A stretch of DNA of 64,000 bases, from positions 160,001 to 224,000 of the forward strand of contig CAWGVS010000005.1 of NCBI GenBank assembly GCA_963826115.1, given 5' to 3'. This document shows, one piece after another, positions 59,430 to 64,000 of this stretch. The position numbers were made by a program, and so were the translations under genes. This DNA is from an uncultured Candidatus Rokubacteria bacterium. GTDB lineage: Bacteria; Methylomirabilota; Methylomirabilia; Rokubacteriales; DASRDR01. Each line of letters opens with the position of its first letter. Within the stretch, counting starts at the first letter, position 1. A model generated the notes under the pieces. The model had not been told where the DNA came from, ran no database searches, and saw only the letters and a list, made by a program, of their open reading frames with translations.

Positions 59430-60524
59430 ATGCGGAAAGCAAAGATCATCGGAACGGGGATGGCGGTGCCCGACTGCGTGGTGGACAACCACCTGCTCGC
59501 GCGCTGCTTCACCACGTCCGACGAGTGGATCATCCAGCGCAGCGGCATCAAGGAGCGCCGGGTCGTCCCGAGCACCTACCGCTTCCTGCGGAAGCTCGCG
59601 GAGGCGCCCGACAAGGCGGCCTGCATCCGGGAGGTCTACGAGCACGGGGTGGATGGCAGGATCGACGCGGAGGTGACCCCCGCCGACCTCGGGCGGGAGG
59701 CCGCGGAGATGGCCCTCAAGAACGCCGGGCTCCAGATCGGCGACATCGACTTCATCGTGGTCACCACGACGATTCCCGAGTACGCCTACCCGCATACGGG
59801 CGCCGTCATGTCCGCAAAGTTCGGCCTCACGTCGACGCCCGTCCTGAACCTCCAGCAGGGGTGCTCGGGGTTCGTCTACGCGCTGTCGGTGGCCGACGCG
59901 TTCATCCGGATCGGCACCTACCGGCGAGTGCTGGTGGTGGGGGCCGAGGCGCTCTCGACGATGCTCGAGTACTCGGATCGCGGCCGGGACATGGCCGTCC
60001 TCTTCGCGGACGGGGCCGGCGCCGTCGTGCTGCAGTCGGTCGACGCCACCTCGCGGAGCGGGTTCATCTCACACCACCTTCACCAGGACGGCACCATCCT
60101 CGACAAGCTGTTCGGGGAGATCTACGGTGCCTCGACCTATCCGATCGTGTCGAAGAAGAAGATCGACGACGGGAGGGTCAAGCCTTCCATGAACGGCCGG
60201 GTCGTCTTCGCCCACGCCGTTCGCCGCTTCAAGGAGGTCCTGCGGGAGGCGCTCGACGCCAACGACCTCGCTGTCGACGACATCGACTTCTTCCTCTTCC
60301 ACCAGGCCAACCAGCGCATCCTCGACGCCATCGCGGAATACGCCAAGATCCCGGAGCACAAGCTGTTCAACAACGTGCACAAGTACGGGAACACCTCAGC
60401 GGCCTCGGTGCCGATCTGTATCCACGAGGCCTACACTGCGGGGCGGATCCGCGAGGGGGACCTGGTCCTGACCGCGGCCTTCGGTGCGGGTTTCGCCTGG
60501 GGGGCGTCGCTCTTCCGCTGGTAG
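59430..60524 (+). CDS. fabH: 3-oxoacyl-ACP synthase III (FabH family)
   Basis: TSDEWI..RSGIKERR, GCSGF, FHQAN, YGNTSAAS, FGAGFAWG (Cys-His-Asn triad). Confidence 0.92.
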   Translation: MRKAKIIGTGMAVPDCVVDNHLLARCFTTSDEWIIQRSGIKERRVVPSTYRFLRKLAEAPDKAACIREVYEHGVDGRIDAEVTPADLGREAAEMALKNAGLQIGDIDFIVVTTTIPEYAYPHTGAVMSAKFGLTSTPVLNLQQGCSGFVYALSVADAFIRIGTYRRVLVVGAEALSTMLEYSDRGRDMAVLFADGAGAVVLQSVDATSRSGFISHHLHQDGTILDKLFGEIYGASTYPIVSKKKIDDGRVKPSMNGRVVFAHAVRRFKEVLREALDANDLAVDDIDFFLFHQANQRILDAIAEYAKIPEHKLFNNVHKYGNTSAASVPICIHEAYTAGRIREGDLVLTAAFGAGFAWGASLFRW

Positions 60525-60527
60525 CCT

Positions 60528-60549
60528 GACGCCGTCCGACGACGGCGTC
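60528..60549. terminator. Hairpin between convergent fabH and T2SS genes
   Basis: GACGCCGTC-CGAC-GACGGCGTC. Confidence 0.55.
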
Positions 60550-60607
60550 CCTTCGGAACCGTCAGGTCGTCCGTTGGTCCCGGTTCGGCAAGCCTCCCAG
60601 GGGCCTT

Positions 60608-61219
60608 CTATTCCTCGGCAAGCGGGGTAGGCGTCACTGCGGTCCCCTTGCAGGCGGAGTCCGCCGTGAGTCCGCTGGAGAAGAAGACCGTGACCGCGCC
60701 CTCGGTCTCGACGGACTGGCCGCGTCCGTCCCGGCCCTTGAAGGTGATCTGCACCGTGGCGCTGCCACCGTTGGGACCCTTGGTGCCGGCGGGTACCAGA
60801 ACCACGGCGAACGTTTGCGTGCTGGTGGCGGTGGTGGCGTTGGTACCGGTGCCGGTCGAGACCCCCGCAGGGATGAGCACGGCGGTTCCGAACGTGAACG
60901 TCCCGCCTGGGGTGCCGGGCGTCAGCGGGGTGATCGAGACCGTGTACGAGCGGATGGTGACGTTGTCGAGCGCCAAGGGGCCCGTGACGAGAGGGTTCTT
61001 GGGATTGTTGCGCAGCGTGACGCACGCCCCGGTCGTCGAGTTGTTCGAGGTGGACGAGGGGATGCTGGAGACGATTGCGGTGCCGTCCAGCGAGAACCCG
61101 TCGACCGTCAGGAAGACGAACGCGGTCCCGCTCTGCCCCGATCCGCCCTCGCAGGCGCCCAAGAGGAGGGCGAGGACCGCCGCCGCGAGCGCGTGGCGCG
61201 GACGCATCGCTCGCCTCAT
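60608..61219 (-). CDS. Thr-rich beta-strand lipoprotein coupled to gspD
   Basis: Lipobox LLLGA-C; ATG overlaps the gspD stop; two additional Cys. Confidence 0.78.
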   Translation of the reverse strand: MRRAMRPRHALAAAVLALLLGACEGGSGQSGTAFVFLTVDGFSLDGTAIVSSIPSSTSNNSTTGACVTLRNNPKNPLVTGPLALDNVTIRSYTVSITPLTPGTPGGTFTFGTAVLIPAGVSTGTGTNATTATSTQTFAVVLVPAGTKGPNGGSATVQITFKGRDGRGQSVETEGAVTVFFSSGLTADSACKGTAVTPTPLAEE

Positions 61220-63624
61220 GGCGTCGCCGGCTGCGCTTCCGGCCGGAGGATGCTCGGGTGGATGCGGAGGTCCCGATCGAGACCGGGTCGCTGGCCGCGC
61301 ACCTGCTGGAGGACCTCCTGGCCCTCGCTGGGGTCCCCGATCACGCGGGGAGTGATCAGCATCAGGAGCTCGGTCCGCTCGATTTTGTCGATGGTGGCGC
61401 CGAACAGGAAGCCGATGACCGGGATCTTGGACAGCCAGGGGATCCCCTGCTTCGAGGAAGCTCGCCGGGTCCGGATGAGCCCGCCCAGCACCAGGGTCTG
61501 GTTGTCTCGCAGGACCACGGACGTCTCAGCCTCCCGCTTGATGATGTCCGGCGAAAAGCTCGGGGGACGGGGGTCGCCCACGTCGTTGACGGTTTGCTTC
61601 ACGTCGAGGGCCACGACCCGCTTGTCGCTGATGCGGGGCGTGACGGTCAGGATGATGCCCGCGTCCCGGTACTCGACGCTCTGGGTGAATGTCCCCGAGA
61701 CGATCCCGGGTTGTTGCTGCCCAGCCGTGGGGCTCACCGGCGTGACGACCTGCTGGGTCACGATGGGCACGGAGTTCGACACGTTGATGACCGCTTTCTT
61801 GTTCTCCGAGGTCATGATGGTCGGGCTCGAGAGCACGGTCAGCTGGCCGTAGTTGGCGTAGAGATTGAGCAGTCCGAGGAAGCGGTCGGTCTCGAACAGG
61901 AGGAAGCTCAGCCCGGCCGTGGCGGGCGCGGCGATCGCCGCGGCGGCGCCGGGGAGCGTCGGACTCGTCTGGCCACCGGCCAGTGGCGACAGCGGGCCCA
62001 CGTCGACTTTCGAGACGGACCCGACGTTGTACGGCTGACCGCCGACCTGCACGTCGCGCTGGGTCCGGATGGCCCACTCGAGGCCCATCCGGTTCTCGTC
62101 GTTCAGCCCCACCTCGGCGACCAGCACCTCGATGAGGACCTGCTTCGGCGTCCGGTCGAGCCTCCGGATCGTGTCCTCGATCAGTGGCCAGTTGCGGGGG
62201 AACGTCGTGACGATCAGCGCGTTGTTGGGCTCGTCGGCGACGACCTTGACCTGGCCCTCGACGACGTTCGGCTCGAGGTCGGACCCGGTCGCGACGACCG
62301 ACACGACGGGCGGCCCGCCTCCCGGCGGGGACCCGCCGGGACCCGGATAGAGCGCGCCGCCGGGCTGGACGTCGCGGCGCTCGACCCGCGGCCCGCCCTC
62401 GCCCGGCTTGCCGAAGATCTCGGTCAGCGTCGTCGCGAGCTCCTTGGCCTTCACGTTCTCGACGTAGTACACGAACACGCGCTTGTTCGCCTGGGTGTCC
62501 ACGTCCAGCTGTGCGGCCAGCTTCTGGGCGAGATCGACGTCGCTCCGCCGGCCGGACACCACCAGGGCGTTCGTGCGCTTGTCGGCGAGGATGAGCGGCG
62601 GGCGGTCCCCCGAATCGCCGACCACGCCGGGGGTCGCGGGCGCGGTCGGCGGAGCGCCGGGGCGCGGCGGCGCGGGGACGGGCACGGGCGTCGGCGACGC
62701 GGAGGTGCGAACCCGCCGGCCGGTGAAGAATTCGTTCAGGATGCGCGCGAGGTCGGTCGCGTCCGCGTAGCGGACCGGGACCAGACGGAGGTCGTCGGTG
62801 GCGACCTCGACGTCGAGCACGCCCACGATCTGGAGGATCCGGGCAACGTTGGCGGCGGTGTCGGTGAGAATCAGAAGGCTGCCCTGGACCAGAACGTTGC
62901 CGCCCTGGACGAACGGCCGGACGGTCGCCGCAACCCGGTCGGCCGGCGCGTACTGGAGCGGCACGATCTGCGTGATGACCTCGTCCTCGCGCCGCGTGGG
63001 GTCGGGCTGGCTCCCGATGACCGTGGGCACCGGCCGCTCGCGCGCAGCCGGCATCGGCAGGATCTTGTAGAGGTTGCCGGACCGGACCGCGGTGACGCCG
63101 TTGACCTCGAGGACGGCGAGGAGGACGTTGAACACCTCGTCCTCGGGGATCCGGCCGGACGTCTGGATCGTGACCTTCTTCCCGGCCACGCCCGGGCCGA
63201 TCGTGTAGTTGAACCCGGCGATCTCGCTGGCGGCCTGGATGACCGCCTCGATGTCGGCGTTGTCGAAGTTCAGGACGATCTGCCGCGCGGGACGCGCCGG
63301 GGGCGTGATGGGCCGGCCGGGCGCGGCCTGCGCCGTCGGTGGGCGGCCCGGCGTGGCACCCGGCGCGCCGAGCGGTGAGGGGACGGGCGCGGGGACCGGA
63401 GCGGTCTCAACGGTGCGCGGCGAGGGACTCGGCAGCGCAACCGGCTGCTCGACCTGACCTGGCGCGGCCGTCCCCGCTGGCGCAGGCGCGGGCGACACCG
63501 TCACCACCGGAGGCGTCGGGCTGGGCGGCGACTTGGAACCGCTGGACCCCGGGCCCGCGCACGCGCCGAGGGCGGCGACCAAGCCCAAGACCGCGATCCG
63601 GCTGCGCGCCAGCTTCTCGATCAT
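61216..63624 (-). CDS. gspD: Type II secretion secretin GspD with lipoprotein signal
   Basis: LNFDNADI, ADKRTNALVV, QVLIEVLVAEV, LSSP, LVLGGLI, IPWLSKIPVIGFLFG, ELLMLITPRVI; ALGA-C lipobox. Confidence 0.94.
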   Translation of the reverse strand: MIEKLARSRIAVLGLVAALGACAGPGSSGSKSPPSPTPPVVTVSPAPAPAGTAAPGQVEQPVALPSPSPRTVETAPVPAPVPSPLGAPGATPGRPPTAQAAPGRPITPPARPARQIVLNFDNADIEAVIQAASEIAGFNYTIGPGVAGKKVTIQTSGRIPEDEVFNVLLAVLEVNGVTAVRSGNLYKILPMPAARERPVPTVIGSQPDPTRREDEVITQIVPLQYAPADRVAATVRPFVQGGNVLVQGSLLILTDTAANVARILQIVGVLDVEVATDDLRLVPVRYADATDLARILNEFFTGRRVRTSASPTPVPVPAPPRPGAPPTAPATPGVVGDSGDRPPLILADKRTNALVVSGRRSDVDLAQKLAAQLDVDTQANKRVFVYYVENVKAKELATTLTEIFGKPGEGGPRVERRDVQPGGALYPGPGGSPPGGGPPVVSVVATGSDLEPNVVEGQVKVVADEPNNALIVTTFPRNWPLIEDTIRRLDRTPKQVLIEVLVAEVGLNDENRMGLEWAIRTQRDVQVGGQPYNVGSVSKVDVGPLSPLAGGQTSPTLPGAAAAIAAPATAGLSFLLFETDRFLGLLNLYANYGQLTVLSSPTIMTSENKKAVINVSNSVPIVTQQVVTPVSPTAGQQQPGIVSGTFTQSVEYRDAGIILTVTPRISDKRVVALDVKQTVNDVGDPRPPSFSPDIIKREAETSVVLRDNQTLVLGGLIRTRRASSKQGIPWLSKIPVIGFLFGATIDKIERTELLMLITPRVIGDPSEGQEVLQQVRGQRPGLDRDLRIHPSILRPEAQPATP

Positions 63625-64000
63625 TCCTCCTCGGTCGGCGGTTCCTGACCTTCCCCGCTCGGGGGCGGCGGCGGCGGAGCGGGGACTGTGGGCACCCTCG
63701 GCCGCCCCGGAGGACGGATGCCAGGAGGCGGAACAGGAACCGGCGGCCGCGCGACGGCCGGCCGGCCCGCACTGCCACTCTCCGGCGATTGTACGCTGGC
63801 AGGCGCCGAGGGCTGGCGAGGTTTCGCGGGGTCGTAGAGCAGGACCTCGAAGGTCTCGCTCCCCCGGCGCAGGACGACTCGGTCCGGCTGGATTCGCTCG
63901 AGCCGAGCATCGCCCACGACGTCTCCGACCGAGTACCCGAACACCCGCCGGCGCTGCACGTCCTCGAGATACGCTCGGTCCCGCCCCTCGGGGAGGAGCA
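63621..64000 (-). CDS. GspC-like T2SS protein, C-terminal part (truncated by window edge)
   Basis: YLEDV..RRVFGYSVGD.VG.ARLERIQPDRVVL resembles the GspC HR domain; Pro-rich tail; stop overlaps the gspD ATG. Confidence 0.7.
   Translation of the reverse strand, partial: LLPEGRDRAYLEDVQRRRVFGYSVGDVVGDARLERIQPDRVVLRRGSETFEVLLYDPAKPRQPSAPASVQSPESGSAGRPAVARPPVPVPPPGIRPPGRPRVPTVPAPPPPPPSGEGQEPPTEEE

Overview
High-GC (roughly 70%, estimated by eye), gene-dense bacterial chromosomal window. I found no rRNA, tRNA, CRISPR array or mobile element. The gene content (expanded LLM/TTT/amidohydrolase families, multi-GAF hybrid kinases, ISC operon, T2SS) suggests a diderm such as Ca. Rokubacteria/Methylomirabilota; this is inference only. 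Left to right: (1) MoxR-DUF58-triple-VWA-TPR operon; (2) signalling block with two Cache/GAF hybrid kinases, a lone ThDP enzyme, an MFS and an orphan SBP behind a sigma-54-type promoter; (3) ~15 kb aromatic/heterocycle catabolic cluster; (4) a GalT-like gene, a full iscRSUA-hscBA-fdx-iscX operon, a dsrEFH-like trio and a second iscS-iscU-cysE unit, then dinB; (5) an uncharacterised operon of two ferritin-like proteins, a small protein, biotin carboxylase and biotin carrier; (6) an RpoD paralogue, CinA-like, CoA-transferase-like, a SelW/Rdx selenoprotein missed by the ORF track, ribokinase, crotonase and FabH; (7) the end of a T2SS operon with a lipidated secretin. Best leads: the UGA/SECIS selenoprotein, reciprocal active-site degeneracy of the two IscS/IscU pairs around dsrEFH, the diiron alpha/beta-like operon, and a GalT homologue with Tyr in place of the catalytic His. 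Two genes carry single-base frameshifts that may be assembly errors. All family calls come from motif recognition by eye, not database searches.
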